Origin: Octopus bimaculoides
Taxonomy: Eukaryota
Reading direction: 5' to 3'
Length of the DNA stretch: 64,000 nucleotides
Assembly (NCBI RefSeq): GCF_001194135.2
Contig: NC_068993.1
Span: 43,598,113-43,662,112, forward strand
Shown: one piece after another, positions 25,383-38,950 of the stretch
Numbering within the stretch: the first letter of the stretch is position 1
Layout of the letters: every line of letters begins with the position of its first letter
Notes under the pieces: model-generated
What the model saw: the letters and a program-made list of their open reading frames with translations, nothing else
What the model was told of the DNA's origin: nothing
The model's database searches: none
Made by a program: the position numbers and the translations under genes

Positions 25383-26225
25383 TTAATATTAATAATCCTT
25401 TGTACTATGAAGCAAAAAACAAAAGGTTTGAAATTTTGGTGTAGGCGGTAAGTTAATTATATTGGCCCCCAAGAATCAAGTGGTACTTGATTTAGCAACT
25501 TTGAAAGGATGAAAAGCAAAGTCGACCTCGGCAGAATTTGAAGTCAAAATGTAAAGACTGGCAAAATTCCACTAAGTATTTTGCCCAGCATGCTAACAAT
25601 TCTGCCAGCTTTTCTCAATAATAATACTAATAATAATGATAATAATAATAATAATGGTTTCAAATTTTGGCACAAGGCTAACAATTTTAGAAGGATGGGC
25701 TAAGTCGATTACATCGACCCCAGTGCTCAACTGGTAGTTATTTTATCAACCCCAAAAGGATGGAAGGCAATTTTGAGGAGTGAAGGTTAGCTGCTACCAT
25801 TGATCTCCAGTATTTGACTGGTACTGACCCCAGAAGGATGAAAAGTCAAGCTGACATCAGTAACATTTGAACACAGAATGTAAATAGCTTGAAAAAATGC
25901 CACATTTTGTCCAACTCCTTAATGATTTTGCCATCTTATTACCATAATAATAATGATTTTAGCAAAAGGCCAGTAGTTTTTAGAAGTGGAGAAGGTCAGT
26001 TACATTAATCTCCCCTTAATCCCATCCAGTACTTGACTGGCAGTTTTTTTTATCAACCTTGAAAGTTGACCTCAATGACATTTGAACCCTGGAAGTTGAC
26101 TTCAGTGACATTTGAACCTTGAACGTTAATCTCAGTGACATTTGAACCTGCAACATAAAACCAGAAGGAATGTCACTAAGCATTTTATCTGATGTGCTAA
26201 CAATTCTGGTTGCTTGCTGTCTTGA
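25177..26225 (-). mobile_element. Array of about five ATT-tailed SINE copies or fragments on the minus strand
   Basis: Reverse complement of the same family, separated by (AAT)n; one copy carries a 3 x 30 bp internal tandem at 26061-26150. Confidence 0.78.
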
Positions 26226-26730
26226 TTTTTGAGATTCACATATTGATCAGCTTTTGAACGTACACCAACCATTTCTGATTAGATTCCTTGAAATGGTTTT
26301 AATGAGTGGTTAAGTAGCATTAACCAGTACAAGTTACATAACAACAGCTCAAAATATGTAGTTGTTGTTGTGCTGGTGAGAACACATGGCTTAGTGGTTA
26401 AGGTGTTGCATTCACAATAACAGAATCAGGTTTCAATTTCTGTACTGGGTGTGGTGCATTGTGGTTTTAAGCAAAAGACTTTTTATTTCATGTTGCTCTG
26501 TAATCACTTCAACATCTGCCGTGCGGTACACCATGCATCTGTACATGAAATGTTGATTTGATGGAGGAAATGGGCAGTAGAAACATTTGATCACTAAAAA
26601 CAAATTACCTGTGCAGGTTGTTCAGCAAGAAATTTCAGAGCCCTAATCTGTCGAAGTCCACCGTTGTTATAGCTCGTTTTTGTTTTAATGTCCTCTTGAA
26701 ATTAAATTAACGACTTCTATTTCGTTGCAG

Positions 26731-26981
26731 ATATTCTCTGATATCTGACTTGGATGGCAAGTTTACTATTGATCCAGCGAGGGGAACAATTATGGCAACT
26801 GCATCATTTGATCGAGAAAAACAAGACCAATATAAGTTCTTTGTGGTAGCTGAAGATGCTGGCTACACTCCAAGAACAGCAACAGCTGCAGTGACAGTTA
26901 ATGTGCGAGACAGAAACGATAACAAGCCAAAGTTTAATCAGAAATCATATAACAGATTTATTTACCATCCAACAGTAAAAG
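26731..26981 (+). CDS. FAT4: Fat4 window-exon 6 (YSLISDLDGKFTID...FDRE...DRNDNKPKF...PTVK-G)
   Basis: TTGCAG acceptor; donor G|GTATTT; 251 nt, phase 2 to 1. Confidence 0.95.
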
Positions 26982-29193
26982 GTATTTTACAGTTATTGCC
27001 TATTGTTGTGTTTTGATGACTTTCTTTAACAATTTATGTGGACACCTTTCAACAGGTATTTTTTGTTTTGTTTTTTTCTTCCTTTCTTTTTTTTTTTTTT
27101 TTTTTTTTGTTACATTGAACTTGATTTATTTATGTCATCTCGAATATATAGAGTCATTCAATTAAAGGATCAACTTAATGGTGATAATATTTAAAGAAAT
27201 GTAACCATAGAAGTGTATCAGAGGAGGAAATTGGAAATCTATAAGTACCTTTGCGTCTGGTCTTTCATTACACACAGTTACACGCACACGCGCACGCACA
27301 CACACCCACGCATTCTCACACACACATGCATATATCCACACTATTTCAGCTACTGTGACTATAAAGGATAGACACATACAGCTTGTATATGTGTTGTCTG
27401 CCCACTGATATTTTCTATGTTTGTTCTGACACACACACTACATGAGACTGAGAGCATGGCAGTTTCAACATTAATTCATTGATGCTCATTTATTCATTAA
27501 TTTGTCTTTACTTCCGTTTTTACTTTCTATGTTGGCATGAGTTAGAGGAATCTGTTATTGAGGTGATGTTTTACAGTCTGGTATCCTTCTTGACACATTT
27601 GGTTCAAACACACTGGCTCTGAATTACATCACCCCCTGTTTGTGTGTGACAGCTATCAATTAGCTCTTAGTTTGCTATTATCAAAAATATTCCATCCATG
27701 AACAACCATTCGTTTTCCAAACATAGCATATCTTGAACTACATTATGTAATGGATGCTTTCCACCTTTAAGATGGTAGGGTGTTATTTGAGGGAAATTTT
27801 GCTACCATTTCTTGTGAGTTGAGTGACCATGTAGAAAATTCCCTCATTGTTGATTTGAGACTGTTGTTGCCTAACAACAGGGAAGTCCTGATGAAGCTGA
27901 CCCATGATCAAAGGCATTCCAGCCATATGTCTTGTGTGCAAGAAATTGGTAATGTAATATCCCTTGTATCCCATTTTGTTTTTTAGATGATATAATGGTT
28001 TTTCCAAGAAATTTGACTACTATATCTAACAAGTTGAGGGACTGCTTTGTTGGCCTGGTTCTTGTTCAATTAACTTCAATTAAATTTCTTGTATTATTTT
28101 TTTTTCTTTTAAGTCAGGAGGTTAGGCAGTGTCCCTGGCCTTTTACAGGGTCTCCAAGACTGGTGAGAGGGAAGGGAAGAGAAAGGTTCCCTCGAAGCAG
28201 AGACCTGCTCCCAAATACTTGAAACAGAGTGGACAGAGTGTCTGGTGGTGATGGTGTTAAACTGAGTGAGAGATTGAGATTATCACTCAAGTAGGGTATG
28301 GTAGTTTTGAGCCTAGAATGCATAGAGGCAGAACAAATGCCACAAGGCACCTAATTCAGTCTTACAGGAGGAGGGGATAAGTCGATGTACTTGACCCCAA
28401 AAGGATGAGAGGTAAAGTCAATCTCGGCAGACTCTGAATGTAAAGAAAGACAAAATGCAGCTAAGCATTTTGCCCAGCATGCTAACGATTCTGCCAGCTC
28501 GCTGCCTTAACTTCCCCTGATATTATTATTATAAGAATAAGAAACAACAGACTCTTGTCAGTTGATCTATGGGATGCTTAGCTTTTCACCCACATACACT
28601 TCAAAAATAAAATATTCTTCAGTAATAAAATAACAGCAAATTCTTCCACTGATGTTATCTTTTCATCCTGCTTTTGTTGCCCAAGCCTTCATATTACTTC
28701 TTTACTAAATGATAAGTTTGGTTTGTTCGCACCAAAAGCTTAACAGGACTTAATTATGCACCTGAAATTACAGCTAGCTTCTGCAGGAGTAGTCGTTTAA
28801 AAACAAACAAATTTTCCTTTTCATCCTTCATTACTAATTTCTACAACTGTTTTAGATATGAAGCAACACTTTAACTATCTTATTAGATTTATTCATGAAT
28901 TCTATATTTTTGTACTGTTACTATTTAAAGAACTTTTATACCTTTGATGATTCATATTTGTAATTTTATTATTTAGCTTCAAATTTATAATCACCTTTAT
29001 TAAAAAAATATCATTTGGATTAGAGAGATTAACAACAAATTCTGATGAGCCACTGCAAAACTGCAGTGGCTAATCCAAGTTTTGGAGAAAATTTTACTTT
29101 TATCTTTTGATATCATTAAAAAAATTTTGTTAAATTTTTCTTCAATATGTTATATAATCCATCTTTCCTTTTTTTTTTTTTTCTCTTTTTCAG

Positions 29194-29384
29194 GTGAATT
29201 TGTATTTGGAATAACAGCTGTTGATTTTGATATTGGTCTTAATGGAAAGATAAGCTATGCTCTTTCTGGACGTGATGAAAGTAAGTTTAAGATAAATTCT
29301 ACGACAGGTGTTGTTAAGTCAAACCAAAACTTATATCTGGGACTTGGTCGGCAATTCATCATCTATGTTACAGCATCAGATCAG
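29194..29384 (+). CDS. FAT4: Fat4 window-exon 7 (G-EFVFGITAVDFDIGLNGKISY...VTASDQ)
   Basis: Long poly-T tract and CAG acceptor; donor CAG|GTAATA; 191 nt, phase 1 to 0. Confidence 0.95.
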
Positions 29385-30379
29385 GTAATATCAAGATTTT
29401 TTAATAACATTTCATAAATTATATTTATCTATTTACTCATTTACTTCTTATTTAATTATATAATTAAATCCTCCAAAAGTGATGTGGGGAAAAAAAATTA
29501 AAACGAGACTGAAGACTTGGCCAGGTACTTGCTCAAAGCACCTGAGAGACCAGGTGATAAAGTCTCCCGCCATAGAATGGGAATAGTCCTCTCAGTAGGC
29601 TTCCACATAGTTTCCTCTATGATTTTATGACCACTTTCAATGCTCATGAAGCTCAAAGTTAGTTATTTAGGGTTACTGCTACCCTACACAGGTCGGAGAC
29701 CGTGTCACACTGATATATTCCACTAATTGTAATTGAAGGGAAGGCACATGATTCAGCGGTTACAGCATCGGGCTTTCAATCATGAGCTCGTGAGTTCAAT
29801 TCTTGGACTGGGCTGTGTGTTGTGTTCTTGAGTAAGACACTTATTTCACATTGATCCAGTTCACTCAGCTGTAAGAAATGAGTTGTGACATCACTATTGC
29901 CAGCTGTATCAGCCTTTGCCTTTCCCTTGGGTAATATATATATAATGTCATCATTTAATGTCCTTTTCTCCATGTTGGCATGAGCTGGATGGTTTGACAC
30001 TCCCATATGTGACCAATCAGGTTGCCTGATATTGTTACACATCATTGATCACAATGCATTTCTTGCATTGCATTAGCTTTCAAATGATGCCACTCTGCTG
30101 GCTAGGCGAGCAGGCCAACATTCCCCACTACATGAAATGAAGTGTTTTGCTCAAAAACACAACGCACCGCCCACTCAGGGAATTGAACCCATGATCTAGC
30201 AATCATGAGTGCAACAGCCTAACCACTATGCCACATGCCTTCACTCCCATATATACACTCTGAATAAGGACCAATGATCCTAATGTATAAGAACGTTCAT
30301 TGCAGATGTAAATAATGTAAGGTGCTTTCATGTTATTGAATTTTCAAATCTTTTTCTTTTTTTATTGTTTCTTCCACAG

Positions 30380-31000
30380 AGCCAAAACCCATTTTTCTCA
30401 AAAGCTAAAGTAACGATTCACCTTCTGCAAAAAAATAAAACCCGTCGACCTCAATTCACACTTGCCAAAACTGAATTCAAGCTTGAAGAAAATTCTTCTC
30501 TAAACACCACAGTAACTCGTTTGTCTGGTGTTTCTCCGAAGGCTGTTCCTCTGAAATACTTCATTGCAGGTGGAAACATCAACAATGCCTTCGGTATTGA
30601 TCCTAAGCGTAATGACCTCATCATTGCCAACCAATTGGACTTTGAAGAAACCAGTTATTACAGTTTGTGGATTGGAACTTCTGATACTAGCAGTGACCCT
30701 CTGACTTCATATAAGGAATTGCGTATTTTCATTGCTGACATTAATGATAATGCACCCTACTTTGATCAAATGCATTATTACACTTCATTCGAAGAAACAA
30801 ATGAAATAGGTAAAACAGTAGTATGTGTGTCTGCAAAGGATGCTGATTCTGGTAAAAATGGTAAGGTTACCTATAAAATCACAAATGGAAATTCTAAGGA
30901 TGCTTTCCAAATAAAATCTTCAGGCTGCATTTCTACAAAGAACCAAATTGATCGAGAAAAAATTGACTTTTACCAGCTTACCATCAAAGCTGTTGACCAA
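30380..31000 (+). CDS. FAT4: Fat4 window-exon 8 (SQNPFFSKAKVTIHL...LDFEE...DINDNAPYF...IDRE...KAVDQ)
   Basis: CCACAG acceptor; donor CAA|GTAAGT; 621 nt, symmetric phase 0 to 0. Confidence 0.96.
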
Positions 31001-31947
31001 GTAAGTATTTAAGTTTAAGAATTTTACTAATTCTCAGACTCAGAGTTTTGATAACAATTATCTCCATTCCTTTTAAAGGATCCCCCTTTTTTTCTGAAAC
31101 TAAATCATATCAGTCACTAAATGCTAAATGCACCTCCAAAAGCCTTACTTATAAATTATAAATATCAAAATAGGATTAATTTGGATTAGGGTTTTAAAAA
31201 CCTTTCAGAATTGCTGTGGAAGAAGAGAAACAATTGAGTTAGCTCATTTCATTTAACATCCAGCTTCCATGCTGGCATAGGTTGGATGGTTTAATAAGGT
31301 TTGACAAGTTGGAGGACTGCATCGTGCATCAATGTCTACTTTTGGATGGGTTTCTACAGCTGGATACCTTTCTTACTCAGCAATTTTCAACATAAGAACT
31401 AGTATTAACTCATATTTAGCACTCAACAATATGCTGTGTGCATATTCAAATTAAAAATTATATAAACGTAGTCGCTGCTCCAGCATGGCTGCAATTAAAT
31501 GACTGAAAGAAGTAAAAGAATAAGTGCAGATATAGCCATGTGGTTAAAAAGCTTGCTTCACAACACCTGAGTCTTGGATTTTGTGGTTCAGTCCCACTTT
31601 GTGACACTTTGGGTGATTGTCATCTACTATAGCCCTGGGCCAGCCAATGCCTTACAAGAGGAATTCGGTAAACAGAAACTGCATGGAAGCACATTGTGTG
31701 TGTGTGTGTTTACATGCACCATAATTTTTCAGCAAAAGGGAAACAATAGATTAAGTACCAGGCTTTAAAAAAGTATATGTACAAGGGTCATTTAATGGGC
31801 TGAAGGCCTTCAATGTGGTCACTCAGCATGGTTGCAGTCTAGTGTCTAAAAGTAGCAAACAAGTAAATTATATGTTAATGACAAGAAATTCAGAAAAAAA
31901 TTTTAATTGTTTAAAAATGCCTTGGATTAATTTCTACTTCACATCCA

Positions 31948-31992
<45 letters not shown>

Positions 31993-32349
31993 TTGAATAA
32001 GATGGATCTTGAACATTTGCATATTATTTTTAGAACAAGATACTCTTTATTATCATTATTATTATTCATACTGAGGTTACACCTGTAAAAAAAAAGGGTA
32101 ATATAAAAGGAGAAGGGGCTGTATACCCCTCCTGATCAGGCTCCCATGGCTTTTATGGGTTTTTCCACATGTAACCTTTCGAAGCGCCTCCCCCTATTGG
32201 GAGTTTTATTTGTTATATCTTTCTCTGTTTTTCATTGTTTACACGAACGTTTTCTTTTCGGACAAAACCTTTTGTAACCTTCGTCCTGTCTTTGTCCTTA
32301 CATGGTTTTAATTTATATTAACCCTTGTGGCCAATAAAACAAGAATCAG

Positions 32350-32573
32350 TTATTATTATTATGGTTTCAAATTTTGGCACAAGGCCACCAATTTCAGAAG
32401 CAGAGTAAGTTGATTTCATCAACCTCAATATTCTACTGGTAGCTATTTTATTGTCCCCAAAAGGATGAAAAGCAAAGTCAACCTCAGTAGAATTTAAACT
32501 CAGAACATAAAGACGTACAAGATGCCGCTAAGCATTTTGCCCAGCATACTAACGATTCTACTAGCTCACTACC

Positions 32574-32620
<47 letters not shown>

Positions 32621-32840
32621 GTTTCACATTTTGACACAGGGCTAGCAATTTTAGCAGGCGAGGTTTAGTCAATTACATCAACTTCAGTACTCAGCTAGTA
32701 CCTATTTTCTCAACCCCTGCAAAGGGATGAAAGGCAAAGTTGGCTATGTCAGGATTTGAACTCAGAATGCAATGAACTAGAGGAAATGTTGCTAAGCATT
32801 TTGTCCAGCACAAAATTCTGCCAGCTCGCCACCTTAATAA
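32350..32840 (-). mobile_element. Two tandem ATT-tailed SINE copies on the minus strand
   Basis: Reverse-complement heads end at about 32575 and 32835; (AAT)n spacer at 32575-32618. Confidence 0.8.
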
Positions 32841-33160
32841 TTACAAATACAATAATGATGATAATAATAATAATAATAATAATCTAGGTTTTGAAAAAAT
32901 AGTGAAATCTATTTTCTACCAGATTAGTACAAGCAGAGTTACGCACCTTGTTGAAGATTGCAGCTAAATAAAGTCTGATCATATTATCAGTATGACAATA
33001 TCTTAAACTTTCTAACCATTTTCTCTCTTGTCTGTCATTCACATCTATCTATAATAATAATTATATATGATCGTGGCTGTGTCATTAAGATGTTTGCTTC
33101 TGAATCATATGGCTTCAGGTTCAATTCCACTGCATGATACCTTCAAGGTGGTTGCTCGGC

Positions 33161-33214
<54 letters not shown>

Positions 33215-33278
33215 ATGGATGTTGTATATATATTTATGTGTGTATACATGTGTGTGTTTATATTAAATATATATTATA

Positions 33279-33491
33279 CAGGGTGGCCCAAAAGTAGGTT
33301 TACAGTTATTCAACTATTTCTTTCGCATTCATATATTAACAGTTTAGATCTTAATTATAAAAAAATATGAAACCATTATTCTATGCTAATTTAGTTAATT
33401 GTAAGATAGAAATTTAAACGTAATAAAATGTATTAAAAAGAAATTTAAAGTGCCAAAGTTATAACTGTAAAACTACTTTTGGGCCACCCTT
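33279..33491. mobile_element. Tc1/mariner-type MITE, 213 bp
   Basis: 31-bp TIR CAGGGTGGCCCAAAAGTAGGTTTACAGTTAT (2 mismatches) with TA on both sides. Confidence 0.9.
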
Positions 33492-34185
33492 TATGTGTAT
33501 ATAATACACACACAGACACACACACACTAGGATACCCATATATGAATGGTTCTTTAAATGAACTAATTGAATAACAAATGTCTTTTCTAAAGAAAATTAA
33601 ACTCATAACAATCTGAAATTTGAATAACAAACCAAGTAGACAATTCATGCATATAAGTGACTGGGAGAGTGTGTACAGACAGTTTGTTTAATGTTCATGT
33701 ACACATTTCATGCAGCTTGCAAATTTTCGTAGTTTATATAGAAAAATATTAATATTTCTTATATTTTTTGGATGAACAGAAGCAAAACAAAAAGATACAC
33801 ACATACATATTTATGGATGGGCCAATAAAACATTATTTCATGCTTTTATTTGGAGTCTGGGTGTGGCTTGGAACAGATTAACTCTATTTATATGTTTATA
33901 TGTTTTTCAATTTATCATGTGAGTTACAATTTGGTTAATGAACAAGGCTCTGGAACAGATTATGTTCATATACAGAAATCCCACTGTGTGTGTGTGTGTG
34001 TGTGATAAGAAGCTTGCTTTCCAACTGCATGATTCTGGGTTCAGTCCCACTGTGTGGCACCTTTGGCAAGTGCCTTCTACAAAGCCCTGTGAGTGAATCT
34101 GGTAGACAGAAACTGAAAGAAGCCCATCGTATACATACATACATACATACATACATACANNNNNNNNNNNNNNNNNNNNNNNNNN

Positions 34186-34253
<68 letters not shown>

Positions 34254-34654
34254 ACTTAAGTACTGAGGTTGATGTAATTGGTTAGCTTCCTTCCTCCAGC
34301 ATTTCAGGTCTTGTGCCCATAGTAGAAAGGATTATTCTTATTATGGCCTAGTGGTTACAGTGTTGTACTGGTAATTTGTGAGATCGTAGTTTCAGTTCCT
34401 AGACTGGGTGATGTGTTATGTTCTTGAGCAAAACATTTTGTCTCGCATTGCTATGCGATCGCTTCAACACCTGATGCGTGGTACACCATGCCCTTGTTCA
34501 GACAACATTGATTTGATATAGAGAGTGGGCTAATGTGCAGCACAAACACTTGATCACTATAAACAAATCATTTAGGCAAGTCATTCAGCAATAGCTGAAT
34601 GCACATATGTCATCTTCAATAGGAGACTCCATCATCACATGTTACTTTAGTTAA

Positions 34655-35120
34655 CAGGACTAGTGACTTGAAGTTTATTGACAAATCTCTTCAAATCTCA
34701 AGAATCTTTCTAAAAATTCTTGCAGAATACAGGTTGGCTCTTTCTTGCAGGTATCAGTCAGCTCTTAGATAGCAATTTGGCTGTTGTTTCAAATGTACTA
34801 ATTACCACAGGAATACTTGTCATTTTTATCTTCTACATTCTCTTCATCTCTCTAGCTACATCTTGATATTTCTCTATTTTCCTCAATTTCTTTGGTATCT
34901 ACTCTTGTCATATGATGAAACAAAAATCTATAATCTTATACTGTTTGGTGTATTTTTGTCCTCTGTAATTATATCTGGTCTCCTTGTTTTATGTATGGTC
35001 AGTCTTTATGGGTAAATTCCATAAAATCCTGTAATTATTATTCTCCATTGCTGCTTTTAACTTGTGTACATAACGCTTTCTTGTTACTTTCAATTCATGC
35101 ATTTAGCTAACATTGCCATC
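34655..35120 (-). mobile_element. Degenerate R4/Dong-like LINE 3' fragment (same family as 3290-3800)
   Basis: Shares AATTACAGGATTTT, GTAGATACCAAAGAAATTGA and the downstream segments with the 3290 copy; RLE motifs recognisable. Confidence 0.65.
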
Positions 35121-36325
35121 TACTACTACTACTACTTGTAGTAGTAGTAGTAGTAGTAGTAGTAGTTCTATTTAGTATTGGAAAGAAATTATTAGACATT
35201 TCCGATTCCCACTGGAAATGTTTCACAGTAATAAGAGAAAAGCCACTGACAGGGGAAACAACTTTTCTGATATTTGAGCTGTTGCCATAAGTTTATTGTG
35301 AACTTTAACATTTCGTATTGTTTTTGTCAAACTACTTCCTACATTCCAAGCTAAACTGTGGTAAATATACCCAAACATAAATTGCTGGGAATTGGAAAAT
35401 ATTTTGCTCTTGTAATTTTGCAAAATATAGTTGGATCTCATTTTCTACTAGTGTACTGGTATATGTTATCAGTAGACCATACATCTAGTTTGTTGACTCT
35501 ATTACCGTATTTTCCAGCTTGCAAGTTGAATTTATCAGACCGATACTGGGTTCAGTCCCACTGCATGGCCCTTTGGGCAAGTGTCTTCTACTATAAGCCT
35601 CAGGCCAACCAAAGCTTTTTGAGTAGATTTGGTAGACAGAAGCAGAAAGAAGCCCTTCGTGTGTGTTTTTATGCCCCCACCACCGCTTGACAACCAATGG
35701 CAGTGTGTTTAGGCTCTGTAACCTAACTGCTCAGCAAAAGAGACCGATAGAATAAGTGCTGGTGTTGATTCATTTGACTAAAATTCTTGAAGGCAGTGCC
35801 CCAGCATGGCCACAGTTTAATGAATAAAACAAATAAAAGATAAAAAATAGAAGAATATCTGAAACAAGATCATATTTTTGTTGTATTGAGATATAATTAC
35901 TTTTAGCTCTGATATTTGTTTCAGTCATTAGACCGTGGCCATGCTGGAGCACCAACTTGTAGGGTTTAGTAGAAAATATTGATCTCAGTACTTATTTTTT
36001 AAGTCTGGTACTTATTTTATCGGGGTTTTTTTTTTTTGCAGGGGTGGGGGGTGGAATCACTATGTTATGAACAGACAAACGCTCGCTCACTCGACATTGG
36101 TTAGTGCAGGGGTATTGTAGAAGACACTTTCCCAAAGTACTACACAGTGGGACTGAACCCCAAATCATATGATTGTGAAGTGAGCTTCTAAACCACACAG
36201 AATATCTGCAACATTTTAGCAATTGTGTTCAAATTCTTTAAAAAAATAAAATCAGTAATTTATGTATTCTATCTTTCAGTGTATTTCCTAATAATTTGAT
36301 TAATAAACTTTTCTTTTTTCTGCAG

Positions 36326-37098
36326 AGTGCCTCTAATAGAAAAACTGGAACTACAACTGTTGATATTTCTATTCTTGATGTTGATGATAACCCACCCCGA
36401 TTCACACGTCTGTTTACAGCCAGCATCCCCGAGAATGCTGAAATTGGTTCTTTTATTTTGCAACTGTCGACTGAAGACCAAGATGTTGGTGAAAATGCAG
36501 AAGTTACTTATGCACTTTTAGAAAATTCTGGTAATAAATTCTCTTTAGATCCTCTCAGTGGCAACATATCTGTGAGAGCACTTTTGGATGTTGAGAAGAA
36601 GGAGTATCACAAATTGAAAGTGGCAGCTCGAGCTAGCTCTCACGAAACAAGTACTTATGTCACCATAAAAGTCACGGATATTAATGACAACCAGCCTCAG
36701 TTCACAATGCCAAAGTTTATGTTTGAAATATCCGAACTGCAAGTTCCTCCAATACATGTGGGTAAAGTTGTAGCGAAGGACCGCGATAGAACTTCACCAA
36801 ATAATATATTTTATTATTCACTAAAAATGCCATCATCATTGTTTAATATCACCGATAAAACTGGTGAAATATTCACAATTCAACAGCTGCATTATGATAA
36901 CACCAGTCTTTATAATCACCATGAATTAACAGTTGTAGCCACTGACCTCGGTGTACCGTCACGGTCTTCTGAAAGTCTAGTCATCATCAATGTAATTGAT
37001 GACAACGATAATCCACCACAGTTTGAAAAAACTTACTATTTCTCTGCTGTTCCATACAATTTGACAGTAGGTGATCCGATTATCAAGGTAGTTGCAAG
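36326..37098 (+). CDS. FAT4: Fat4 window-exon 9 (SASNRKTGTTTVDISILDVDDNPPRF...DINDNQPQF...DDNDNPPQF...KVVA-R)
   Basis: CTGCAG acceptor; three linker motifs; donor AG|GTAATG; 773 nt, phase 0 to 2. Confidence 0.96.
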
Positions 37099-37150
37099 GT
37101 AATGCATTTTCGTTTCATTAACTTTATCTCCATGCAACTAACATGTTTAA

Positions 37151-37371
37151 TCCTTTTGATAACAACCCACTTGAGACCACTTGGTTCCATGATATGAATT
37201 TCCCATTTTAAATTGATCAAAATTAAAACCTTCCACCAAAATTTCATATTAATTAATGCTCCTAACATCAGTTTAATAATGCAAAAGATATTCCTTGAAA
37301 TTCTTCATTATTTCTCAAACTTATGGAAGCAAAGATGGTGTTTTCCAACAGAAATATGGTTTAAAAAAGGG
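37151..37371 (-). mobile_element. piggyBac-type MITE 52 bp after the exon 9 donor
   Basis: TTAA at 37147-37150 and 37372-37375; reverse complement of the 4292 family. Confidence 0.75.
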
Positions 37372-38616
37372 TTAAAGTAATCTAAATTAAAGCCTTTTGT
37401 CAAAATTTCATATTCATTCATGTTCCAAACACCAGTTTAAAATTGATAAAAAATAAACGATGACGAATGATTTCACTAAATTCTTCGTTATTTCCAAAAT
37501 TTATTAACCCCCATGTATTATTAACTAATTGAAACGCATTGCAAATTAAAAAAGCTTTTATTTTTATTTCCCTATATCTCTATATTTGTGTTATAAATGT
37601 AAACTACCAACATGTTTCAGTGGATTTAAGAAATACTAACTTTGTTGGAATATAATCAAAATAAGAAGCTTTTTTTCCATGATTAATCAGTATTAAATCA
37701 AATGTAAGAAACATTTGTTTCTTACATATGATCATAATAGAAGATAAAACAAGATGTTTTGTATCATAAAACTAGAGGCTATCTTAATCAAGCTCAGAAG
37801 GTGTTAACCTCTAATTCCATATGGTATGTCTTTCACTTTCCAGTAGCATACTGTGTAATTCATTATCAAAATTAGACCATATTCAGTGCACTAAATTTGA
37901 TCAACTGTAAAATGCATGGTTCAAGTCCTACAGGCTGCTTTCCACATTTTTGTCATCCACATTTTATGACTGGCTTTGTCTTCCACCTTCCAGCAGCATT
38001 CTGTGATATGTTCTCCTTAATTAGACCATATCCAGTCTGCTGAATTTGGTGAATTGTCTCAATGAACCAACCAGGGCCGTGTTTACATTATATAAGGAAT
38101 ATTAGTTAGTATCTGCAACAATTAACCAATAATTAATCCCAAATGCTCATGGCTACAACACTAATTAAATAATAGTCACTTCTGTAGTGATCCACATTAA
38201 ATGTCCAATCTAGTATCTTTGTGTCAGGAACTCTGTTTGAATGATAATAATTCATTGGTGACTTATAGAGGCATACCTTCAAGATCTCCAATCAATCATT
38301 CAGTGCCAAGCCAAACATTGACATTCTGACATATATAAATCTTTTGAAATAAGACTGATATAACTGTAAAAAACTAAATGATTCAGATGGTTCAATATTC
38401 TGGTACACTTGTGCAGTTGTGGCAGTTCCTGACAAAGATTTACATCATGTACTTTTATAGCTATGAGCACTAACTGAATGACCTCAACCTAATTTCTAAG
38501 TTACAGGATCTTAACAGAAATTGTTTTAAATGTACCTAATTAACAAGTCTTTAGTATGTCACCTCCTGGCTAACAGAAAAGTGTCTACTACATTTATAAT
38601 ATTAAACTCTTTTCAG

Positions 38617-38708
38617 AGATGACAAAGATTATGGAATGAATGCTCAGGTGGAATATATTGTTGTGGAAGGCAATGGAACCAACTATTTCTATGTGAAGAA
38701 ATCGGATG
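38617..38708 (+). CDS. FAT4: Fat4 window-exon 10, small exon missing from ORF track (R-DDKDYGMNAQVEYIVVEGNGTNYFYVKKSD-G)
   Basis: TTTCAG acceptor; encodes the DxDxG-x-N...Y...F part of a cadherin repeat; donor G|GTATGA; 92 nt, phase 2 to 1, bridging exons 9 and 11 exactly. Confidence 0.92.
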
Positions 38709-38950
38709 GTATGATTTTACATTTATTCTTTACTCAAAGGTAACAAATGGTCTAAATGAGCATACAAAAAAGAATTTTTTTTTTTTCAATATTTCAAAAT
38801 TTTTCGACAAGGAAGAAACATTGAGGTAGAAGAGTTGTGAAAGTGATTTGTGCTATAGAGTTAAGGAAAATTCGATTTAAGAGTGAGATATAGTTAGGAT
38901 GTAATGAGTGCTGGGTTTTTAGAGAGCTAATGTGATATTTAATTAATATA

